Assembly: GCA_036172245.1 (NCBI GenBank)
Contig: JAYWIR010000042.1
Span: forward strand, 310,001-374,000
DNA: 64,000 nt
Direction of reading: 5' to 3'
Source of the DNA: Raillietiella orientalis
Taxonomy: Eukaryota
Shown here in pieces: positions 41,101-52,426 of this stretch. Position numbers and translations under genes: made by a program. The notes under the pieces were generated by a model. The model was given only the letters and a program-made list of their open reading frames with translations. It had not been told where the DNA came from and made no database searches. Within the stretch, counting starts at the first letter, position 1, and every line of letters starts with the position of its first letter.

Positions 41101-44100
41101 ATTCCACTTAAGGATGATGGCAAAGCTTCTAGATGCAGAGGCTCACGGTGCGGTAACTTTAAAACGGAATCTTGAAATTTCTATTTCCCTCCCTCCCCGG
41201 TAAAGATGTACGTGTGAATGTACACACATTATCTGTATACATATAGAAATAACTGAAAATTAGGACTTTGCTGGACTTTGTGCTATTTCACGTATCCTAT
41301 ACAGTGCAATGCGCCATGATGACATGACGACGACGGCGGAATGAACTCTTCGTATTCTGGCGTGGACACGGAAGTCCAGAACCATGCACGACCAGAGAAA
41401 CAAGTGGAAAAGCGACATTCACCTTCAACACACTTCTTGCAGCAGCAATTCCTCGGGTGCCTACCAACGCGAAATCCTTCCCATGGACAGAATAACCGAA
41501 AATCTTGTGTCTGTCCCCTTTCCTACCGAGGCAGGGCATTTCCGGTCACAGCAGTTTTAGATCTTTTCGAAAGGATGAAAAATGCTGCAAAGTGGTCAAC
41601 ACCACGCTTCGGCTAGAAGTAGCGGGCCCTTCGGCGTCCGCGGAAGGCAGCCGCTAGGTAGTCTGGCAATCTCCATTCTTTCTGACTCCTCGTCCTCTAA
41701 TGCAAGACGGACGCAACTTTTAGGGGCGAAAGGTCCTGGAGCGGAAGAGTCTCAAGTGCCTCCAGTGCGAGAAACTGGCTCTTTCGAGCAGGTTCGGAGG
41801 CAAGTGCAGACTTCAGAAATCACCTCAGAGTCTAAGCGAATGCAAAGAGTTCCCGACCGGTGAAGAAATTTTAAAAAAAAACAGAAGACCAAACAAAAGT
41901 AGCCTATCATGGTAAGCATGAGCAGCGCTCAAGAGATCAGAACATAGAAACAGACAAGGGTGGGACCATTCGACGACGCTGCTGGCTTAAAACTACACGG
42001 GCATGAAAACATTTGTGGAACAAATAGCGAACGCTCTCGCTACCCAACCCCCGGGAGAAACCACGTTAAAACGCTCCTACAGATTCTCGTGTCTTCGTCA
42101 AGGTTCGTGCACTTACAACCGGAACGATATGGAGGAAGAGGAGCAAGAAAGGGATTGAAAAGTGTGTGAGGAGGAGGGGTCGGTTCTGATGGATTCGCCT
42201 GCATGAGTTCCGACCGATTGACACGTTCCGCCTCCTTGCGAAAAGTTCTCATGTTTTCTCGCGTCCCTTGTCATCTCCATCTCTGGTAGCACTGGCGTGA
42301 TAGGTACTCACCAAGCAAGGCCTCCATACCAAACTTGACGTGGCAGCAAGTCATATTTCTCCCTAGCCACACAGCAACGAAGATGCTGAATCCAAAATTC
42401 AGGATCTCGGCTCCTGGAAACGAAAACCAGACAAATGTTTCACTCGAAGAGTAACACATCTCCCGACACATCCGAAGACAGGACTTTTGCAGCTATAAAG
42501 CAATTCACTGAAGTCAGGCAAAGTGGGTTGTATGAGAGCATCAGCTGACAAGCGCAGCATCCAAACAGCTAAAGATGGCAAGGGCAGAACTGTAAAACTT
42601 GACAGAACACGAGGATTCTGGAGAAAGGAAGAGAAACCAAGTAGTCTGCGCCAGCTAATGAAGATGAGACGGAAATTTTGAGTGAGGAACGAAGGGAGGT
42701 ATAGCAATAGAAAAGAGGGGGGAACACAGACTGCTCCAATCTGTTGGCGTGTTGAAAATTCGGGTCTGGACTCACAGAATAATCTCTGCAGCTCGATGAG
42801 GAGGATCGGAGACCACGAGTGTTACGAGTTGCAACGAATCGTAGTATCCCGAAGGCAACCAAGATGGCTCTCGAGTTCGAAACGGAAGAATTTGCCGCCA
42901 AGACAGATTCCGAGTTGATCACAATGCTTCCATCGTGATTTGGTTGACGCTACCTGCGACCTGGCAGCTGTCGAAAGAGAACTCCTCAAGATGGTTCCGT
43001 GTGACGCAAGACTTTTGTGTCCCAATTTCGAGATGAACCCGCGAAGAACACTCATGGAAAAAGTCCGGCTTCGCCTTCACCCGATCTCACAACGAGTTCA
43101 CAGCGAATCTTGAAGTTCCGTGCATCGGCGTCGTGGTAGCACCAGACGAAGACAGTGCCTGCTCCGCCATCATCAGCGGAAGGATGTTGGGAGCTCTTCT
43201 GGTCGACTTGAAACAGGGGGCACTTGCAATTGAAATAAAAGGAACCGCTAAACGAATGGAATGATGTCATTTAATGCAACACCAGGGTGGCAGAATTCCA
43301 GCCCAAGTTTCTTTCCGCGCATATGATTGTCGTTCTACTACTTGAGAATCCTGCAGTTGCCACAACCTGTGTGGGAGAAGATCCTAACTGAAGATCGACA
43401 TCCTACCAAGGTCCGATTTCGCACTGACACGCAAACAGAACCACCGCGGAGCTGCCCACTGAGCAGCTAAAAACAACTGCACTTCCAGTCCGAACGCTTG
43501 AGGACTGACAGCCTCCGAACCTTATCCATCAAGTATTATCCGGGTTGCACTATCCACAGAAGGGACGGATTCGCTGCCTCTTGGACTGTAAGGTTCCACG
43601 GCCATCGAACCGAGCTGGCAATATCCGTGAGCACGTGCTCAAGAAGAAACAGGGTCTGTGGCCTTGTTTCTTGAGCTACCACAAGTAGCCAGCGCAACTC
43701 GTGCCATGAAAATGACAGCTTCCACGGACTCCCCCCACTCTCCTCTAAGCACACGAATGATCTGCCGCGGCACGTTTTCCTTCCCTTTCCATCCACGCCG
43801 CGGGCGATAGTCTCCTCTCCGGACCGTTCCACAGGCAAGCTGCCAGCAAGGCGAAGTACCCTTTGTAGCACCATCCAACATCGCCGCATGGAGAGCGAAT
43901 GCCTTCAGGAACTCTTCCGTGTAAGTTCCCCTTGGGACCTTCGGTCAGGCTTTTACCGACACCCAAAGGTGAAAGAAACCACCTGGGCGAATGGCAGGGT
44001 GGTCCTGGTGCCGTTCAGTGGCCGTTCCACCGTGGCTGCCACAAACCAGCCACGTTCTTGTGTTCGGGATAGCCAACGGCCCAGGGGCGCTTCACGAGGT

Positions 44101-47100
44101 TGTTGCTGTCAACATCGTATGATATAACGCACCGACCGCTACACTGAGTGCACATTCCTTTGTGCCTCAGGCAACCTTCCGGCTGCCATCCTTAGACTGC
44201 CACCTCACGATCTTCATCGTCACCTCGCAGCATTCTTTTCTTCGCTCCTTCGCCTCCCTTTCGTTCCGTTCAGAAGCTCCTCAGGCTGGTCGTCCCGGAA
44301 ACTGGAGAACGCCACAAGCAACATGGACACTCCTGTCTTTTCCATCACCTGCGCGTTCGCGCAGGCGCCTCCCCGGACGTGCTCTCAGTGACCAGGTTCC
44401 TCACCGTCCGAAGAAAAATGGCGGACGGTCTTCGGGAAGTTCTGGTGGGATCCTCCACCCACCGCAGCAGCAATTTAAACCTTCTTATCCACCGTCGGTT
44501 GTCCTCCGGACGTTTCCACCGCGAAAGGCTGCTTCCGCTGACTGACCGAAAGCAACAACGGTCACATCGCTCCCCCAATCGCGTCCCCCCATCTGTCCCA
44601 CGCTCTGCTACTCCACGGGAGGGGAAGCGGGGGGGTAAGAGGACGAAAATGCTCCTCCCTCTCAGCGCTTCGTGTTCCATCCGTAGCGTGACCCCCGTGA
44701 TCCTCTCCCACCCGGTAAGAAAGATTTACCGGTGCACCTTCCGTCTCTCTGGAACACGTACTCTCTGGATCAGCCCCACCGCCCTCGGCATTAAACGCTA
44801 GGGATGGACTTCCTGCGGGAGTCCAACTACAAGGAAGAGCCGACGAGCCTCATCTTGGAGAGGGGCAGGGAGGGAGGGGGGAGGACGTGGCAACCGGTCT
44901 TCAAGAGAGGGGGCGGCGCGCCAAACTGCTGCGGGGTCATCCCCGTGCCGCCCGAATGGTGCTTCCCGACATTCCTTCACTTGACGCTCCCACGCCCAAC
45001 CCAGACATCTACGAGACCTCTGTGGAGGCTCCGGAGGAAGGCGGAGAAGAAGAGGAAGAGAGACCGCCGCGTCCTTGACCCGCCCTGAGGTGCTTCTGCA
45101 TCACGGCCATCGAAGCATCAGAGAGCGGTTCAGCCATCATCCACCCCCGTGCCGCAGTTCAGGGGCAGCTACCAACATCGGACTCCCGGCAAATGTCGGT
45201 CAGAGGAGCGCTTGGAGACCACCTCCTCCTCCTCCCCTCCCCACCTTGACCCTTCTCTCGGAAGCGCTCCCCGCCGATCGCCGCCCACGCCCTCGGTCCG
45301 CCCCCGGGAAAGGGGAGGCGGAGCGCACGCATACGCGCCGTAGGGGAAGGAGAGGAGGCTGCTTACCATAGCGCAGGTACAGCAAGAGAGGCACGGATGT
45401 CCTCCCGCTCGGGTCCAGGATAGAGCCGCGCAGGGAGACGAAGAAAATGCAGATCTCCAGGAGGCTGTGGACTCCGACAAATGCGGCCTGCGTGGCGAGC
45501 AGGATGAAGACCATCTGGTGGCACTGGTTCTTCCCATCCTGCGTCGGGAACGCGGTGATGGTCAGCGTTATGGCACAGACAATCAAGCTGGAAAGGAAGA
45601 GCGAGGGAGTGAGGAAGCGGGAAGGGAGTACGCCCCTCCCCCTCGTCTCAGGAGGGGAGGAGCAGGCTGCGGCGCAGCAGCTCCAGGATGGACCCGCCAC
45701 CACGATCTCTTCCCAGAACAACGACGACGACGCTCCCGTCCTTTTTCCCCGCTCGGAAGGGGCGACGTTCCCCCCCGAAGCGATCCCGCGCCCCTTGCGC
45801 AAGATCCAGCCCCGCTCCGCGACGTTGGGAAGCGATCAGGAGGCCGTGAGATTCCGACGAGAGCTCCCGAATAAGCACGGAAGAGGTAAAGGAGGCAACC
45901 TGAGCCCCGGATGACGGCACGGTCCTGTGGCGAGCCGCACCTGGCGAGGGGGACGTCCCCGAGGCAGGGAGCGGGCCCACTCTCCTCTCTCTCCCTTGTC
46001 CCCCGGAATCTGGGTTGTTAGGGTCAAGGAAGGAGGAGTTCCCCCCGCCGAGGCTCATCCTGCGGCCACTTGAACCGCCCTCCTCCGACCGCCTGGCACT
46101 CGCGGCTGCCTTGGAGACCTGCTCTCAGGGTCCTGAGGAGTGAGGATGACGCGCTCCTGTGTTTCCCTGGATGGAGACTGGAGGCGAGCCCCTCCTTCCT
46201 CTTCACTGGGGGTCAAGGCACCAACCCTCGCACTTCCCGGACCGTTCCAGATGAACGAAAAGTGACGCACAGCCTCCGCCTCGGCGCGGCGACGAGATCA
46301 TACCAGGGGATATCGCCTGTCGGCTCCGCGGCGATCCTTCCCATCGGCTCCCGGGTCCGTCACGCTGCTTCCTGCTAGTGCTCGCGGGACGGACAGCGGC
46401 AGCGCGTTTCTTCCCCTTTCCCGCAGTCTCGTCTTCCCGCTCGCGCGCCCCAAAAATACCCCGAGGATTTCACTCCGGCGAAAGCGACCGCCCTGGATGC
46501 TCCGGACTTGGTCTGCTCCTCGGAGGGGTCGCCCACCTCTGCTCTCTTCGATGTGGCTCAAGGCTTCCCCTGAAGCCTTCTTCCCTCCGCCTCCCCCACC
46601 CTCGCCCGTGCCCTCTCAGAACCATAGCGCCGGCGCACCGCCGGCGCACGCGCCTCAGACGCTGCAGCAGGGGTGAGTGGCGGCTACCATGTTTGATCCG
46701 TCGCAAACCCCCAGAATCAACCTCCTCTAACTCTTCTGGGCGATATCGTCCTCCTGCGAGCCGTGGAAACCGCAGGCTCTCGATGAACTGGAAACGCAGC
46801 TGCTGCGCGATCAGGCAGCGGTGGAAATGGTGGACCAGCACCGGGGATCCTCTCTCTCCCTGGTCGGGGATTTCGCCTCCCTTCCTCCACCCACCCCCTT
46901 TTCACACTCAGAACCGCCTCTTGCGCGCGATGCCTTCTTCGGGAATTCTCGGTGCTTGCCTCAGTTTCCTTCCGGACTCCAGGGTCAACTCATCCATCTA
47001 CCTGGTCTCCGTCTGAGGCTGCAACCGCTACCAAGCGTATCTTGCGCTGCATCGCAAAAGCAACCGCCGGGAAGCCTCCTTCAACAAAAGAGCTCAGTTT

Positions 47101-50100
47101 GACCCCAGAGAGAGGGGGGAGAAGGAATCGATCACGATGAAGGGGACTCCACGCCAGCAGAGGATCGGAAAAAGACTCCCTCCATCTTTCCCTCTGGAAC
47201 TCCTCGAGCCGCCTGTGATCTGACCTTGCGATGCCGCTTAGCCACGCTGCTACTGCACGAAGAATTACTTTCCGTCTCCTGCTGAAGAAGTATTTCTTGA
47301 CCCTCTGTGCTCTTCACCAGACGAGCGCGTCCCTGGTTCCGCGCCATTGCTCGGTGAGGAGGAAGTCATCGACGATGGATCCACTCTTCCCTAGGAACGC
47401 TCCCAATGCCACAGATAGGAAAGGCGATAGGGTGGCGATCAGGCTGACTCGGGCTGCAGATTCCTTCTGGAAGCTGCCTCCGCTCTTAACGAAACGGAAT
47501 CCATAATACGCGGCGCCTCTAAAACACGACGCTAGCAGCTTGAGGTATCATTCTGTGCTCCTCATCAAGGAAGAAGGAATATGGATGAAGCACACGCGAA
47601 CTAGGGTCTTTCTGGCAAAGGATTGGCTTTCTGGAATTAACAGGAGCCGAAAAATGAAAAATGGAAGCAACCATCCCGGCAATCTGGAAACTCTGTTCCG
47701 AGAATGCTCCGAAACCACGATGCGAACGGCGAAGAGAAGAAAACGCCTGCCATGCACAGAAAAGCTCCTTCACCGGAAAAAAATGGAGCAGAAAGGGCTC
47801 ATGCAACCTTAGTCTCCGAATTCCAAGATCAATATCCCGGCGACTGTTTGGTCCAAAGTTTTCCATGTTTACCCTTCAAAGATCACTGACCCCTCAAACA
47901 AACATTAAATGAGCACAGGCTAATCCTCCAGAACAAACGTTCTTCGCTGGCTCCCTAGGGTAGCTCTCGATTACCCCGGCGAACGTGACCACAATACAGC
48001 ATAATTTCGGATGTGAATTTTGAACTTTGAGCACATGCATCAACTGGATCCCCTTTACTTTCCCCAACTTTTCCATAGGCCCGGGCTTCAAGTTATAAAA
48101 AGGAAAGTTTGACGAGTACTTTTCGAGAGGAAGAGTGCTGATTCTACTGGGTATTTGGGTTCCCAAGCTTCTGAGTTAAGTATGCTCAGTATGTCCTGGA
48201 ACAACATCTCACGTCACGAACCCACAGGCATTGCGGAGCACCACACGAAGGAGTTCGCACCAAGGTGGCTTTGAAATGATTCGTAAGGACTGAAAACTGA
48301 CTGTCACTACAAGCCCGGAAACGCTACAAAACAATATACAATCGGCATCGTAGTTTCGTAAGACCGTACTAGACCGAAACTGCTACACGTCCAAGCAAGG
48401 AATCCAAAGTCCAACATCACCTGGCAAGAGCTGTCTTCTCCTCTAAGGCCATTCGTTTATTCACTTGTTATTCGACTTCTTTTTCGTTTTCCTGCCCGAA
48501 ACTTGAAAACAGAACCCCAGATTTTGACCGCATCAACCTGTCCTGACCTGCACATCATTAGGTTAGGTATTCTCATTAGCTCATGGACAAGTGAACATTC
48601 GAGCAGATTGGGATTACGGAACGGTATGGAAAACTGAGCGTTTCTTCAAAAAAACAAATAAAATAAAATAAACACAAAAAGGTAAACAAAAGCTAGCAGA
48701 GATCTACACTGCAGTCCTGCAAAGGCCAACAACTACCGATTTCATTGGAACGAATTTTTTTTTCTTCCGTTTGACCTGTGAGGATGCATAACCACACCGT
48801 GGCAATAACCTCCTCCTCTAGGCAGAAAACAACCTTGTTTTAACTTGCCTTGCTTTAACAAATGAGAAAGCTTACTTTCCCAATCACAGAAATCTGTTTT
48901 GTTTCGTGAACTGGGATATCTGGCATGGATGCAGGCAATCAACATCACTCTCTAATCCATTGCAATCATCCCTGCTGTGTCCTCTCCATACGGAACCGGA
49001 GTTTTGTTCACGTGACCGTTTCAGACTGAAACGCCGACTACGAGAATTTCTTCTGCAGGGTGTGTTCCCTGGATCACACAAAGCCCGCATTCATATGCGA
49101 TCGAAAATGCGAAATGGTTGGCGATGTCAAAAGTAAAATGCTTGAATTCAAGGTCGGTATCGTCAGCACTCGACTTCCCAAACATGCAGTGGAAAGATGC
49201 TGCTTCGAGAATGAGCCTTGATTCGTTCGATATGAGCCCGTTCATCCAGAACGATGTACCAAGGAAGGACTGTAATCTGGAAGAGGAAGAGTGCGAGTCG
49301 CCGCCGCAGAAGGGCAGAAATCACTTATTTTTGAAATTTCCATGAAGACCGAGCACGAAGCACTTTCGTTTATAGGAAACCGTTTCGTTCACAGCATCAT
49401 CATCATCATCATCACTACTGCTAGTTTCGCGAGCGTGTTATTTCCATCTCTCTCCAAGGATCCATCAGGAATTCATTCAATGGCAACAAGTTGACTTCCA
49501 ATTTGATAACCATTGCATGAGAAAGGTCCACCATGAGCGAGGAAAATTCTTGTCCTGACGGATCCGTGCACCCCGCCTAAAGAAATCTGTTGCAATCAAA
49601 ACTTTTACATTTTGCATGCATGTATGATAAGTCCTCATGTCTGAAAGCAACACATGGATGATGATAACTTTCTCGCCGCTCACACCACGTGCCTTCTTCA
49701 TCCTGCACGAATTTCTAAGATGTGAAAAGCATTTCAAGTGCACTTGCATTTCCGCTTCCTATCCATGAGCATCGCATTCGGAAACGATTCAGAAAACGGG
49801 CAACCAAATCAGCTACATGCATATCCAAAGGATCCACTAGAAGGGACACAGGTGCCATGCCGAGATGTCAACAAAAGCACTTCATCCGAAGGCAAGGGAT
49901 CATTCATTTGATTAGAAAGAAAGAAAAAAAAAGTTCAGATTGTGTTTCCACCACACTGAAAAATGTGCTGCACACGCTTCGATCTCGCGGAACACTTCGA
50001 GACCACGATTCCATCCGCTCCCGTGCATTAAAAATTACCAGAAGTAGGGAAGCGCGAAAAATGGACGTACACAGAAGTTGTTCTGCTGTCTCCGTCATTC

Positions 50101-50827
50101 TGCGGTGCACGGCATAGGTGACGAAAACGGCACAGAGCACACCGCGTGGTGCTTTGCCGTGTACCTACGTTTCGAGAAAATCGTCTTCGTCGATTGCTGC
50201 ACATCCTCAGCACGGTGCCACCGCCTGCAAATTTTTTATCGGGCTCGTGTACTTTTCGCATGGCCAAAGTTCCGAACTATCTGCGAGGTCGCATTCCAGA
50301 GCGAACACATCTGCTTTGGCGCGCAGGTTACCTCTCATGTACGCCACACAGATCTCGTTTGGTAGCCGTCGCCTGCCTGACAAGGCAAGAGATCCTCCCG
50401 TCTTGCTTCGCAGACGATTGAACACGCACTCTCCACCCCACTTCTCAAAAAACCCTTAAACATGGCTTCCCGGCTGATGAGGAAAACTGCACACACTGAT
50501 CGAATGGAACCCGTGCCCTCGTGCACCTCGCGAGTCGCCCAGCTGCATCTCGACAAACTTTTCGACCGACTTCTTCGAATCGCCTCGGTGCTCCCCAACA
50601 CCGTGGTGTTGTCCATCCCTCCCTCCCCCTCCCCCCCCCCCCTCGCCTCCCCTCCGGTCGCACGCAAAAGCGTTCCTCCCTTACGAGGCGTCATCCGGCA
50701 TGGGGTCTCAAACACCGAAAACACATCCGTACCATGGCAAGTGCAGCAGCAGCAGAATGGCACACGGTATGACAAAGTCATCGTCGGCGACCGTCCACCT
50801 TCGGCCGAACAAGACGATTCCAGGCAT
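17125..50827 (-). CDS. DAGL: sn1-specific diacylglycerol lipase (DAGL alpha/beta, inaE-like; 4 TM helices plus Lipase_3 domain), 14 coding exons, ~693 aa
   Basis: Phase-consistent GT-AG exons: 50827-50733 (MPGIVLFGRRWTVADDDFVIP), 45587-45367 (SLRGSILDP), 42413-42312, 38723-38543 (CAFDSAG), 32201-32117, 30895-30785 (FAEIGQLFSDYFADLDVVPTDVVAGLILL), 23169-22985 (YAMAAYGWP), 20866-20671 (DNCC..ETPFFVAIDH..VRGTLS), 20619-20542, 19255-19032 (GHSLGAG, catalytic Ser), 18951-18810 (GKDVICR, Asp), 18745-18561 (LYPPGKIIH), 18452-18320 (ISPGMIRDHLP, His), 17268-17125 (VIED..., stop). The terminal exon is the least certain, and a small missed exon cannot be excluded. Confidence 0.93.
26140..26600 (+). repeat. 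Dispersed repeat copy 2 (same family as 2870-3270)
   Basis: Shares the blocks described for copy 1. Lies in DAGL intron 6. Confidence 0.7.
27480..29460 (+). mobile_element. Heavily degraded Ty3/Gypsy LTR retrotransposon remnant (gag to integrase C-terminus)
   Basis: A long reading frame interrupted by stops (27500-28200) ends in SFHKTFGS, resembling the gag CxYHxxFG motif. 29380-29450 RPAKVTTIDLGGRDGQVS resembles the Gypsy integrase tail R..K.F.I..GR...VSIDRLKP. No LTR pair was identified. Confidence 0.45.
30686..30710 (+). repeat. (GCA)n microsatellite
   Basis: About 8 consecutive GCA units, intronic. A similar tract lies at 13815-13835. Confidence 0.9.
32395..32510 (+). repeat. Degenerate CCTAA/AACCT pentamer array
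   Basis: TAACCTAACCTCACATAACATAACATAAGCC...CCTACCTAACTTGACCTAACCCACCTTACCTAAC shows 5-bp periodicity related to the arthropod telomeric TTAGG unit. Confidence 0.7.
44370..44800 (-). mobile_element. RTE-clade LINE 3' end remnant
   Basis: Minus strand ERITGVTLRMEHEALRGR and KRPEDNRRWIRR..LLRW..PTRTSRRP...VRN resemble RRIxGVTxxDRxRNExLR and RxxDxRWxKxxLxWxPxxxRxRGRP. Confidence 0.5.
46450..47500 (+). mobile_element. Degenerate LINE ORF2 apurinic endonuclease region (CR1/L2/Jockey-like)
   Basis: Motifs occur in canonical order across frames: SDR...GGVAHL (RxDR..GGGVA), GRYRPP (YRPP), ALDELETQL...LSLVGDF (GDFN), then RPWF and FWKL downstream. Confidence 0.6.
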
Positions 50828-50881
50828 CACCTAAGGGCTCGCGCCGGTTCCCGTGCACTTTCACCTCATAACAAAGCTCAC

Positions 50882-51095
50882 CGTTTCTAAAACACACGGG
50901 GAGGGAGGCAGGGCAGATTATTCGAGGGGGCCATTGCACACATCTCCCTGCCTTGTGCGTGTACGTTACGTTTCCAAGAAACAGTACAAATGCAGCTCGT
51001 GTGGAAAGGCACAGAGCATCCCGATGCGCACTGCTGATGGGAACATCTGTGTTCGAGCTATTCCTGGCTGCTGCTTGCTTTGGTCCCCGGATACA
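50882..51095. promoter_or_regulatory. Putative bidirectional promoter between DAGL (-) and DRAM (+)
   Basis: Divergent ATGs at 50827 (-) and 51096 (+; an in-frame ATG also at 51024). A candidate 51-nt DAGL 5'UTR intron (GTGAG...TTAG, 50881-50831) narrows the shared region further. Inferred from geometry only. Confidence 0.5.
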
Positions 51096-52426
51096 ATGGT
51101 CCATAGGTTGCTCATCACGCTAATCTTGTTCTTCCCGTCAACAATCACCATAACGTAAAAGACTTTAAGCCATGGTGTTTTTCAGAATTGCATTAATTTG
51201 TAGTTTGTGTGTTACCAAGTTTGCAACTTGTTCTTTTGAATTCTCCTGACTAATCACTTAGTAGAGTTTTGCAATCATCTGTAGTAGCACTTAAGGACAA
51301 AAATTGGGTGACATTGTTTTTTTTCGCATAATGTGTTGCATTCTCCGAACACATTTAAATGGATGGGAAAGTTGATTGCATGAAACTAGCTTTTTTTAAA
51401 TTGTAATTTGAGACACATCAACTGCCCATAAGAAGTCCTTTTTTTGAAAGAAAATAAAATAAAATAAAGTATAAATTGTGCTTGTTTTTGTTGTATGTAT
51501 TGTATCTAAGCTGCTGTGTGTTAATTGTATTTTAATTTTTTATAGTTATGCGGTAGCTGTTCTATTAGGACATACCTATGCAATTTTTCCTTACATCAGT
51601 GACACTGGTACGGTGCCACCTGAGAGCTGCATCTTTGGGTTTCTTCTGGCAATATCTGCATTTTTATGTGAGGGCAGTGTGGATTATTGCAACCTAGCTT
51701 TGATGTAATTGTAGTTTTGATAATCTGCTACATACGCCACAGGCAAGTAGCAGAATGTCTGAGAAATCTGTCTTGCAAGCCATGGGTGAAGAGAGTCAAC
51801 AACTTTAGTATCTTCTGTGGAATTCTAATCACATTAGGATTATTGATGGTGTCCAATTTCCAAGAAACTAGTGTGTTAATAGTTCATTCATTGGGTGCTT
51901 TTCTAACCTTTGGGATGAGTGGCATTTATTGCTGGACCCAAGTTGCCATTTCCTTCAAACTGCAGCCTCATTACCATGGCAGAATTGTGACTTGGTTTCG
52001 TGTTGCAATGGCCACTTTATTCACTGTGGCTTTTACGTGCATGCTAGCGTTAGCCATCGCAGCACATCAACAATTTCATGGTCAGCTAATGAAATAATTA
52101 GTGCCACAGATGATGTTATTGTAGGAGAGGATCCTCATCATTGGATGCCTGCTGATGGAGGCTGGGAACTGCATGTGGCTAGTTCTTCTTGTGAGTGGAT
52201 CACAGCTGTTGCATTTCAGTTCTTTGTGCTGTCCTTTCTTTCTGAATTTCGCAGAATTACTGTACAAATGCCAAAGGTCAGTTGATGGCTCAAAGGATAG
52301 CATTGTGGATCTTATTTGTTTCTCCCTCAGGTGTATCTCCAATCGCAAGATTTGACAAGATTAATTCCAGACCATTCTGAATGTATTCATGAACGGAATC
52401 CAGACAACATTGTGGCTCATTTATGA
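51096..52426 (+). CDS. DRAM: DRAM/TMEM150 (Frag1/DRAM/Sfk1 family) multi-pass membrane protein, 5 exons, ~264 aa
   Basis: Exons 51096-51154, 51546-51667, 51715-52080, 52125-52276 and 52331-52426 join in frame with GT-AG introns. Motifs: FPYISDTGTVPPESCIFG, YIRHRQV, VSNFQET..VHSLGAFLTFG, YCWTQ, CEW. An alternative upstream ATG lies at 51024, and AATAAA is near 52758. Confidence 0.93.

Noticed and set aside
42760..43260. Possible LINE ORF1 / zinc-knuckle remnant
   Set aside because: The Cys/His spacing is not intact enough to support a call.
49060..49280. LQSFLG motif on the minus strand, as in the LTR-retrotransposon RT thumb
   Set aside because: Six-residue match only, with no YxDD or RNase H motif nearby.
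1..52426. A DNA-damage gene cluster (ATM, DCAF12, DRAM)
   Set aside because: The thematic link rests on vertebrate gene names, and nothing in the sequence shows co-regulation.
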